In this document: piece by piece, positions 26,785 through 37,282 of the stretch
Layout: every line of letters begins with the position of its first letter
Position numbering within the stretch: the first letter of the stretch is position 1
Assembly (NCBI GenBank): GCA_030324005.1
Contig: JARDVH010000031.1
Span: 57,083,869-57,147,868 of the forward strand
Length of the DNA: 64,000 nucleotides
Reading direction: 5' to 3'
From: Negaprion brevirostris
Taxonomy: Eukaryota
The notes under the pieces: model-generated
Seen by the model: only the letters and a program-made list of their open reading frames with translations
What the model was told of the DNA's origin: nothing
The model's database searches: none
Position numbers and translations under genes: made by a program

Positions 26785-27128
26785 CTGTCCATATCGGCTC
26801 CAACTCCATTTTCAAGTTTGTTGATGACACCTCTGTCGTAGGTCTGATCTCAAACAATGATGAGACACAGTACTGGAAAGAAATAGAGGAAATGGCAATA
26901 ATCTCTCCCTCAATGTCAGTAAAATGAAGGAGATAGTCATCGACTTCAGGAAATATACTGGAGGACATACCCCTGTCTACATTAATGGGGATAAAGTGGA
27001 AATAGTCGAGAAATTCAAGATTGTATGTGTCCAGACCACTAATAACCTGTCCTGGTCTCTCCATGCTGACACTATAATTAACAAAGCCCAGCAATGTCTC
27101 TACTTTCTCAAGAGGCTAAGGAAATTTG
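26785..27128 (+). mobile_element. Rex1/Babar-like LINE RT fragment
   Basis: FKFVDDTSVVGLISNNDE; KEIVIDFRK; LSWSLHADTIINKAQQCLYFLKRLRKF. Confidence 0.8.
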
Positions 27129-27399
27129 ACTAACTGGATTGTTCTTCCAAAAAAATTAATGCAGAATAAATGGACTGAATGGCCTCTTTCTCCATTGTAC
27201 TGTCTATGACACTATGATTTCTGATGGTGTTGACAAAGAGTAGCAAGTGGATAACTAGGAAGAGACCGAGGAGATCTTGGGGATTTCCAGAAGAATGATG
27301 TGCAAATGGGAAGAGGAACCATTGGCAATGACCTCCTGGCTATGATTGGATTGCTAAGAATAGAACCAGAGATGTGCCGTTCTGCCTCGCTGGAAAATG

Positions 27400-28035
27400 G
27401 AAGAGAGGTGCTCAAAGGGTGGTCTGATCAAGAGAGTCAAAGGCTGTAGATAAGTTGAAAAGGATGGAATGTGTACCATTATCACAGTCACATCGGTCAG
27501 ATGGGGTGTTATTTATGACTTTAATATGGGTGTTTCAGGTGCTGTTGCAGGAGCGGAGATCTGATTGGGATGAAGAGGATAGGGGATTTGAAAATAGAGT
27601 TTCGAGAAAGCTGGGCACAGATTTGGAAATGATAGCATGTTCAAGCACTTTTGGGAGGAAAGGGAGATTGGAGATGGAGTGATATTCTTCAAGGATGGAA
27701 GGGTGAGGAGGGCAGGCATTGATCATGACAGATTTGAACAGGAGGATAAAGTCCCTGAAGAGGGAGAATGGTTAGCAATACTTTCAGCTAACCTGGGACC
27801 AGGCATTCAGGTAAGTTGGATGCTCAGCAGTTTGAGGGGAATAGGGTTGAAGGAGGAACATGTGTATCTCATAAGCAAAATGAGTTTGCAGAATGCCCAA
27901 AGATAGGAGAGAAACGAGACAAGGTTGCAAGTTTGACGCTTGGGTAGGAGGAACTTCAGGAGAGGTTTGGCTGGAGGTCTGAGGGAGGGAAGCAGCAGAG
28001 GCAGCTGAAGGGCTAGTCTCAGTCTTGGTAACAAA
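27400..28035 (-). mobile_element. L2 LINE RT fragment
   Basis: Minus strand YHSISNLPFLPKVLE (L2 NYRPISNLPFLSK motif) and NPIPLKLL. Confidence 0.75.
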
Positions 28036-28039
28036 GAAT

Positions 28040-28266
28040 TCCATGATCTCCTCACGTTTGTTGGAAAATGAGGCTGGAGAAGTAATAGTAGGAAACAAAA
28101 AAATGACAGAGGAACTGAATAGTTACTTTGCATCAGTCTTCATGGTGGAAGATGCCAGCAGGATGCCAGAGTTCCAGGAGAATCAGGAGGTACAGGTGAT
28201 TGTAGTGGCCATCACTAAGGAGAAGGTTCTGGGGAAACTGAAAGGTCTGAAGGTGGATAAATCACC
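28040..28266 (+). mobile_element. CR1 LINE fragment, truncated by gap
   Basis: EELNSYFASVFMVED...EKVLGKLKGLKVDKSP. Confidence 0.85.
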
Positions 28267-29278
28267 NNNNNNNNNNNNNNNNNNNNNNNNNNNNNNNNNN
28301 NNNNNNNNNNNNNNNNNNNNNNNNNNNNNNNNNNNNNNNNNNNNNNNNNNNNNNNNNNNNNNNNNNTCAGTGGGGCAAGATGGGGGTCCACTGCCACTCT
28401 ACCTGAAATCAATGGAGGGGGTTCAGTTTCCACTCTGCCTGAGGTCAGTGGAGAGTGGGGAGCGGGTCTGCTGTAACTCTGCATGAGATCAGTGGGCGGG
28501 GGGGAAGGGGGTCCACTGCCACTTTGCCTGAGATCAGTAGGGGGCTGGAGGGGTCCACTGCCACACTGCCTGAGACCTGTGGGGGGAGAAAGGAGGGGAG
28601 GGGCTTGCGATCAGTTTGGATGGCGGAGGGAGTAGGGGAAGAAGGGGGTCAGTAATGTTGGGGGGGGTGGGGCAATGTCTGGGGGTGCAGGAGGAGGCAT
28701 TACCTGGCCCAGGAATGACGTAGCAGAGGAGGTGCATTCTACCTTTCTTTTCTGCGCAGGCGCCGATCAGGAGTGTTTAGTCCATGCACAGTCTTCTGCA
28801 GCACGATTCAGAACCGCTGATATTTTTTCAGGCAGTGTGCACATTGGGGCGCCTGAGAACGGGTCTAAAAGTCAGATCTGAAACACTCACAGTTTCAAGT
28901 CCGCCCAGCACTTAGAATCAAAATGGTAAAATAGGGCCCTAAGATTCTGCAAAGTGATATGGAAAGGCTAAGTGATTGGGCAAACACTGACAGATGGAGT
29001 ATAATGTGGGAAATTATAAGGTTGTCTACTTTGGCAGGAAGGGTGGAAAAACAGAATATTATTGAAGTGGAATGAGACTGCAGAACACTCTGCAGAGAGA
29101 CAGCAGTGGAGGCTGGGTCATTGAATATATTCAAGGCTAAATTTCATTTTCGATTGACAAGGGAACTAAGGGTTATGGGGAAAGGTAGGAAAATGTTAAG
29201 GCCGTAATCATATCATCGTCTTATTGACTGGTGGAGTAGGCTAGAGCAGCTAAATGGTGTACTCCTCTCTTATTTCAT

Positions 29279-29659
29279 GGATCATTTTTCCAGACTCACC
29301 GTGCCTCACTGATCCAGAAATAGCACGCGGACCTAAAAAACAGTTTTGCACCCAGTGCCAACTGATTTGCAAGCATTCCAGTTTCTTGCTGGTGATGCAA
29401 ACCGGATCACACTCATAAAGGGCATATTCAATGTAGTATTTAAATATGCAGATTTGGTTTGATGCTGGAATTTCCCAGCTCCTAGAATCCTCCAACTCTC
29501 AGTATCAGTGTGAGCCTGGCATGAATCATTACTCATCTCCAAATTTGGAGATCAAGTGTGATGGCCATGCCAGGGGGCATTCAAGTCATTAGGCGATCAG
29601 GGAGACGGCTGGACAGTACCCACCTCGCCAGGCATGGCCAGGCCGGAAAATCACCATCC
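29279..29659. mobile_element. Harbinger-type MITE
   Basis: Termini ggatcatttttcc / ggaaaatcaccatcc; body related to 18500-18800 (inverted). Confidence 0.5.
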
Positions 29660-30609
29660 ATGTCTGCAAAGACCCATCAAGACAATAATCAGGGCAATAT
29701 GAATGAAGAACATATCTTGTTCCCATTAGTAAGGCACCAGCCAATTACCTGGGATATTGGACTGGTGCAGCTGGATCTTTAAATCTAACCACTTGGGCAA
29801 TGGGACATTGGCTGTGGGGTTGGTGCTGCAGGCTATGGGGTGAGTTTTCCATGACATAAACTTGGCAAGCTAATGAAAATGCCTTACACCCAATTACTTG
29901 AACAATGGATCTTGGCTGAGAGAGAGGGTGCTCCAAGATGAACAGATTACATTACAAGGAGAAATACACAGCATGTTGAATCACTGGGTAATGTTCATGT
30001 GACAGACACACCTTTTGTGTGTTTAAGCTTCTGCTGTCTGTTCAATAAGAGAACAAGCGGCTGAAATTCTGACAGAAGATAAGTCGGATCCTGCCTTCCT
30101 CCCATTCTCTTCACCCTATCTTACAAGATTTTGAACCTTATTTGCTGATCATGATGACCCAGGTACACCCCTGCTCAGACAAAGGGTGGGACCGTAACAA
30201 AAGATGGCAAAGGGTCTGACTGAAAACTGGCTTGAGAGAAACAGGGTGATTTTTGTAGCTCATTGTTGATTGGCTTTAGTTTTAACCATTCTCCATCCAG
30301 ATGAAGCAAAGCCAAATGTGCCTGATGACGTTAAGGAAGTTAGAGTCATCCAAATCTGGCTGTTACACTGCCTACTTACCATTTCCCACATCATCGTTCC
30401 ATTCAGTTACTTCCAAGCACTAACCCAGAGACAAGCATACAGACCACTGCTAGGAAAGGGATCATAAAAAGTTATATATTGCAGCAAAACTAGGGTGGAG
30501 AAAACAATGACACTGGGTGGGATTTTACAGCCTCGCTTGCCCCGAAACTGTAAAATCCAGCCTGAGGTCGATGAAGGATCACAATGCAAAGATTGTGTAA
30601 CTATGGGCC

Positions 30610-31588
30610 AGAGAGGACCAAAGAGATCTAGAGGTACATGTTCATAGCTCCTTGAAAGTGGAGTCACAGGTGGACAGAATGGTGAAGAAGGCATTCGACA
30701 ATGCTTGGTTTCATCGGTCAGAACATTGAATACAGGAGTTGGGACGTCTTGTTGAAGTTGTACAAGATGTTGGTAAGGCCACACTTGGAATACTTTGTGC
30801 AATTCTGGTCACTCTATTGTAGAAAGGATATTATTAAACTAGAAAGAGTGCAGGAAAGGTTTACTAGGATGCTACCAGGACTTGATGGATTGAGTTATAA
30901 GGAGAGGCTGAATAGACTGGGACTTTTTTCTCTGGANNNNNNNNNNNNNNNNNNNNNNNNNNNNNNNNNNNNNNNNNNNNNNNNNNNNNNNNNNNNNNNN
31001 NNNNNNNNNNNNNNNNNNNNNNNNNNNNNNNNNNNNCGTTGTATAGAACTTTGGTGAGACCACAGCTAAACTATTCTGTGCAGCTCTGGTTGCCACATTA
31101 TAAGAAGGATGTGATTGCACTGGAGGGGGTGCAGCCAAGATTTATCAGGATGCTGCGTGGGGTGGAAAATTTAAGTTTGAAGGGAGGTTTGAAAGTCTTG
31201 GGTTGTTTTTATTGGAGCAGAGAAGATTGAGAGACAAGCTGATGAGAGATATGGACAGAGTGATAAGGAGCAGCTGTTCCCCTTAGATGAAGGGTCTCAG
31301 TCGTGAGGGGGCATAGGTTCAAGATGAGGGGCAGGAAGTTTAGGGGGGATATGAGGAAAATCCAGAGCGCAGTGATGGTCTGGAATGCATTGCCTGGGAG
31401 GGTGGTGGAGACGTGTTGCCTCACGTCCTTTAAAAAGTATCTGTATGAGCACTTGGCACATCATAACATTCAGGGCTGTGGGTCAAATGCTGGCAGATGG
31501 GATTATGTGGGAATTCAGGTGTTTCTCATGTGTTGGTATGAACTAAATGGTTGAAGGGGACCTCTTTTGCACTGTATGATTCTATGAT
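30610..31588 (+). mobile_element. CR1 LINE 3' fragments (two copies either side of a gap)
   Basis: LYKMLVRPHLEYFVQFWS; YRTLVRPQLNYSVQLW; VWNALP; attctatga tail. Confidence 0.9.
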
Positions 31589-32749
31589 CATGCTTTAATT
31601 CACAAACTTTTCATGATGAGACAGATTGACAGTAGAGAAGAAAACTAACGGAAGCAATCCTGCACCTCAGATCTCATATCTGAATTCATGAGTGGAGCAG
31701 GGGGCAGAAAATTAAGGGTCAGGAAAGATTAAATGATACAGATGTTGTGGAACACAAGACAAAGGGTGTGGAAACGATAGTGTTAAAGGCAAAAACCTAA
31801 AGATGTTAATAGCAGAATAAAGGTCAGCAATTCCTGAAAGCAAATAGCATAATTTGTTAATTCATAATTTGTGATCCCATAATAACCCATAATGGGACAT
31901 CTTGTACCTGTAATGACTTTAATCAGACCATTGAAGTGGGCCTATTAAAATATGAACTCCCTAATTTAGGGATGAATTGCTGGGCCAATCAGGGAGCCTC
32001 TTGCTTTGTGCATAACCAGGTGTGTCAGTTCCTCTGGCACTCTGAGTGTAGTTTGCTAATTGCTAGCACTCTGTATGACCTTGTCAGAATTGTGAATAAA
32101 GGGATTTTAGTGAAGGGACTTCTGCCTCAGAGGACTTATTATAGTACCCAAAGATCTGTGGATGGAAAATTGACCTGTTAAGTCATTTGGAGATCTATGG
32201 CAGAAACACATGACCCTGAGTTGATGTCATCCTCAAACTGAGGGATAGCTGACAACCTCTGGTTTCTTCAAGGGTCAAACATTGACCCTCTTCTATTTCT
32301 TATTTAAGTGTTGCCACAGCAGATGGTATCACTTGTGGGCACATCGTTTGTTGTAATATGTGCACTGACAATATTCACCAGCTCACCACTGTCTCTCTTG
32401 ATTCTTCATTTGTCGCCAAGTTATCTGATTGCTTAGCCATTACCCCACACCAAACAGAAATTAAATATTCTGAACACTGAAGCCATTTCCTTTTGTCCTT
32501 GGTCCAGACTCCATTCCCTAGCTATTGACTCCATCCCTCTAAGGCCAAAGCAGACTGTAATACTTGGAATAAAAACAGAAACTCCTGGAAAAATGGTTTG
32601 CCGCATTTGTGGAGAGAGAGAAAGAATTCATCTGTATGGTTTAATATGTTCTTTTTTGGAACTAGAGGGAGTTATACATTTGATGCTGTTGTAGAAAGTG
32701 GAGGGGCATGTAGAGCAAAATAGATGGTCAGGGATGGAATAGGATAGAC

Positions 32750-33018
32750 TAGAATCCCTACAGTGCAGAGGAGGCCATTCGTCCCATTGAGTCTCCACTG
32801 GCTCTCCGAGAGACAGTATCTTATCAAGGCCCACTTCCCCAACCCATTCTCATAACCCCATACATTTACTTTGTGTCATCCACCTAACCTACACATCCTG
32901 GAGCACTAAGGGACAATTTAAGCATGGCTAATCCACATCAACTGCAATCTTTGGAGTCTGGGAGGAATCCTTCGCAGACGTGGGGAGAACATGCAAACTT
33001 GGCACAAACGGTTACCCA
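32750..33018 (-). mobile_element. HE1 SINE, 5'-truncated
   Basis: tagaatccctacagtgcagaggaggccattcg...acatgcaaact, the reverse complement of the HE1 tail and core. Confidence 0.8.
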
Positions 33019-33090
33019 GTGGGTCAAGGGCAGGAAATTAAGGGTCAAAGAAAGATTCAATGACATAGATGTTGTGGAACACAAGACAAA

Positions 33091-33912
33091 GGGCCCAATT
33101 TTACCATATTGATTCTAAATGTTGGGTGGACTTGAAACTGGGAGTGTTTTAGATCTGACTTTTAGACCCGTTCTCAGGCACCCCCTTACGTGATCTGCCT
33201 GAAAAAATATCAGTGATTCCGAACGATACTGCAGAAGCCTGTGGGCAGGACTTAACGCACCCAAAACCCTGCAGCTCCGATTGGCGCCTCCAACTGCAGA
33301 AAAATAGAATGCAGTTCGACTGCCACATGGCTCCCGGGCTGGATAATCCTGCCCCCTAGCTCCCACAGACATTGCCCCACCCCCACAACATTACTGACCC
33401 ACTTATCCCCCCATCCCCCTGCCACTCAGACTGGTCGCTGCACCCCTCCCCCCATCGATCTCAGGCATAGTGACAGCGGGCCCCACTTCCCCTCTACTGA
33501 TCTCAAGCAGAGTGGCAGTGGACCCTCACCTCCACTCCCGCCAACTGCCCCAAACCACCAATCTCAAGCAGAGAGCAGTCAGACACTCAGCACTTACTTC
33601 ATCACTAACTGGAGTGCCCGAATTGGACTTTGTGGAGCATGTCTGTTTTGTGCCGATTCTGGCTGGGCAAACACAGTGGTAAAAGGGGAAGTGCCGGTAA
33701 AGTTGGGCATGCAGCTCAGTAAGTCAATTTAAATGCATGCAAAATATCAGCAGTTCTGAAATGGGCACAGTCCTGATCATGGCCATTTTCGGACTTTGGT
33801 AAATAGGGAACCAAAGCGGAGGCTGGTGCGGATCATGCTATTCGCCTCATGCCCATCTTTAACCAAGTTCTCGCACCCAAAAAGGGTGCAACAGAATGGT
33901 AAAATTAGGCCC
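33091..33912. mobile_element. Complete Harbinger-type MITE (~820 bp)
   Basis: 17-bp TIRs gggcccaattttaccat / atggtaaaattaggccc (1 mismatch); flanks aaa/aat; no ORF of note. Confidence 0.8.
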
Positions 33913-34739
33913 AATAGGTTTAAAAATTGAGGCAACACAATTTGTACTGAATGTAGAAGAAGGCTATTTTTTGACATTGTAATCAGATCACTGTCATAAA
34001 CACAAGAATACGTAAAATTGTAACCGTAGTTTCCTTCACAAACCATTACCTTTAAGGCTGAAAGATTTGTTGAATGTAATATGGTGCATTCTCAAGTAAT
34101 TTAAAAAAAAACTGCTTAACTGTATATATCCCAAACATTGCGTGCAAAACATTACTATTAAGTGGCATAATAAGTGATCATGGATGCGAACTTCAGTGGA
34201 ACCTGAGAGTAGCATGACTCCGATATAATCAAACACAACAGTAATTCATTTTCCTTTACTGTATTGCTTAAAGAGAATAGGATTTGGAAGCTAATATTTG
34301 TTTAGCTTGTCCGTCTTAGGTTGAACTAAACCATTTAATGCTTGAAAACATCATTATTCCCTTGTTACCCTTAACTGAATCCTGGGACTGTGACATATTC
34401 CATATGTTGTTGTAATCTCCATGGACATGTGGCTAAGTTAAAGACAAAAACATGTTTCCAATACTCATTCTTTTTACAAAACTGTTTACATACCTCCAAG
34501 CACATACAATAACATATTTTAGAAAATATTGAAGGAATCCTCATATATACATAATTATCAGCACCAAAGGGTGGTGACACATTTTATTCTCCAAGTAGGC
34601 ATTTGTTGAATGAGTTTTATGGTTAATTAATGGAAATTTGGTTACTAGAAGTGATCATATGGAAGTAATTAATTTATCAGCTTCNNNNNNNNNNTTTAGG
34701 TTTGCAAAGGGTGAATCGGCTTCTAGTCTGTACCTGCAT

Positions 34740-34822
34740 TCAATTCGGGTCAAGAGACAAGGTGACACTCCAATGAACAAGTTTGACCTCATCAGGGATC
34801 TCACTTCCACCACAGCCAGAGG
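34740..34822 (-). pseudogene. STK39: Diverged STK39 (SPAK) terminal-exon-like sequence (alternative exon or pseudo-exon)
   Basis: After acceptor tttacttttcag| it reads (A)[26 protein letters not shown], versus the vertebrate STK39 end [24 protein letters not shown]. Orientation and position fit B3GALT1-STK39 synteny. Functional status unknown. Confidence 0.7.
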
Positions 34823-34884
34823 CTGAAAAGTAAAAATAAATAGATTCTAATTTTAAATACATCTCCATTTATGTCAAAGCAACG

Positions 34885-35158
34885 AATCATAAAATCCCTG
34901 CAGTGCAGAAAGAGACCATTTGGCTGCACCAACAACAATGTCACCCAAGCCCCATCTTTGTACCTCATATATTTACCCTGCTAGTCCCCCTAACACTAAG
35001 GAGCAATTTAGTATGTCCAATCTGCCTAACCTGCGCATCTTTGTACTGTGGGAGGAAATCTGCACAGGGAGAATGTGCAAACTCCTCCCAAGACCAGAAT
35101 TGAGCCCAGGTCACACACATCTGTGAGGCAGCAGTGCTAACCATCATGCCACCATGCC
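34885..35158 (-). mobile_element. HE1 SINE (CR1-type tail)
   Basis: Ends ctgtgaggcagcagtgctaaccatcatgccacc, the reverse complement of the tRNA head. Confidence 0.85.
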
Positions 35159-36199
35159 ACCCAGCATTGAAATGCATTGAAAACTTCATATGACCTAGAT
35201 TAACAGTCTTCAGTGCCCATTTTAATCTCTATGGTTACTTCAAAGATAATGACCTGATATTGTTATCTATGATACATCACGAACTCCTCTCATCATTTTG
35301 CTTTTAGTATCAACACAAAGTGAATAATTTGCTGCAATTTCATATTATCTCTGAAGAACATAACTTTGAGTTCTTTAATTAATGTGCACCTATGAATCAA
35401 AAGTTGTATTAATTTAATATTTTTCCTTGCTTTTCATAATTAACACATTGAACCTTTTGTATGCATTTGATGCACATAAGACAAACTGCTTCTTCACAGC
35501 CATCATTCTCATTTCAGGGACATAGTGCTTCATTTGCAGAAAATCATTTGGTCCAGTGGGTACCATCCCAGCCTCTGACCCAGAAGGTCTGCGTTCAAGT
35601 CCCACTCCAGGACTTGATTCCCAAGGAAGAGGGGTTCAGAATGTGGCAAAGTGGGTTGAGTATGAACTTGTAATTCCTTCCAGTGTATTCAAAGGCAGCC
35701 ATATGATGGAAAGAAACTGGAACCTCTGCTATCCCTTTCCATAACTCCAGGCTATAACATGCATGTAAAAGTATGTGTTGCCACAACAACTCAGATTCCT
35801 TGGAGGCTTGGATAGCTGGTGTGGATCAGGTTGTTGCCAACAGCATGGGGTTCAATCCCTATTCCTATTCCAGCTGTGTTGGATTTGGGACCTGTCTCAT
35901 TGCCTTACCTGTGTTGAAGATTATGGCATTGTGGGTCAGACCTGTCTTTGGGCACAAAACTGAAGATGAAAAAAATGCTTCATTTAAAATAGCATTCATT
36001 ACTAACCAATGATAGTCTTTTGTTATGTCTATCTTGACACATTAGGCGTACTGAGATTTGAGGCTATAATTGAAATCAAAGCAACTAATAAAGTTACAGA
36101 GTCATACATTTATATTTCTTTCTTAACTTTTAAAGGTTAAAAGGGTTTTCAGGAAACTGTGATCATCGAGGATTAATTTATTAAGCATCTTGCTTTACC

Positions 36200-36836
36200 A
36201 AGGAAATTTGGCATGTCCACTATGACTCTTGTCAATTTTTACAGATACACCATAGAAAGCATTCTTTCTGGTTGTACCACAGCTTGGTAGAGCCCCTGCT
36301 ATGTCCAAGGCCACAAGAAACTACAAAGGGTTGTGAGCGTAGCCCAGTCCATCACTCAAACCAGACTCCTATCCTTTGACACTGTCTACACTTCCCGCTC
36401 CCTTGGAAAAGCAGCCAGCCTAATCAAGCACCNNNNNNNNNNNNNNNNNNNNNNNNNNNNNNNNNNNNNNNNNNNNNNNNNNNNNNNNNNNNNNNNNNNN
36501 NNNNNNNNNNNNNNNNNNNNNNNNNNNNNNNNAAAAGCAGCCAGCCTAATCAAGCACCCCACGCATCCCATGCGTGTTCTTTTCCACCTTCTTCTGTCAG
36601 GAAAAAGATACAAAAGTCTGAAAACAAGTACCAGCAGACTTTTGAATGGTCCTATCATATATTAAGCTGATTGTTCACTTCACCCTACCTGTAACTGCAA
36701 CATTATATTCTGCACCTTATTGTTTTCCTTTTCCCCCACATATGTTATGAACAGTATGTTTTGTTTGTATAGCATGCCAGAAACAACACTTTTCACTTTA
36801 TCTCAGTACATGTGACAATAAATTGAACCAAATCAA
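36200..36836 (+). mobile_element. Rex1/Babar-like LINE 3' end
   Basis: RKFGMSTMTLVNFYRYTIESILSGCTTAW; LLSGKRYKSLKT; tail acatgtgacaataaat. Confidence 0.8.
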
Positions 36837-36975
36837 GAATGTAGCTACTGAGTAGCTACTCAGTAGATCAAACTAGATCACAGATAGCACTGTCTGTGGC
36901 TATGAAGGTTCCCGCTCAACGTTAATGTTACAGGATCCCCATGTATGCCGGATAAGAAGCATTTTACGGTACATG

Positions 36976-37282
36976 CATGGTGGCACAGCGATTAGCACTG
37001 CTGCCTCAAAGTGCTAGGAACCTGTGTTCAATTTCTGGCTTAGGTCACTGTCTATGTGGAGTTTGCGTATTCTCCCTGTGTCTGCATGTGTTTTCTTTGG
37101 ATGCTCTGGTTCCCTCCCACATTCCAAAAACATGCTGATTAGGTGCAGTGGCCATGCTAAATTCTCCCTCAGTGTACCCGAACATGTGTCGGAGTGTGGC
37201 GACTAGGGGATTTTCACAGTAACTTCATTGCAATGTTAATGTAAGTCGACTTGTGACACTAACAAATAAAACTTTAACTTTA
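36976..37282 (+). mobile_element. HE1-headed SINE with alternative (type B) tail
   Basis: HE1 head and core, then ctcagtgtacccgaaca...gactaggggattttcacagtaacttcattgc...acttgtgacactaacaaataaa. Confidence 0.85.

Larger units (their letters stand above)
25073..28939. mobile_element. Harbinger-type TIR element with ~3 kb of nested foreign sequence
   Basis: TIRs gggcccaattttaccat / atggtaaaatagggccc, 3-bp TSD aaa/taa. Arms match 33091-33912 in the opposite orientation. Confidence 0.7.

Noticed and set aside
36407-36558. Duplicated aaaagcagccagcctaatcaagcacc around a 100-N gap
   Set aside because: Same artefact pattern, inside a LINE.
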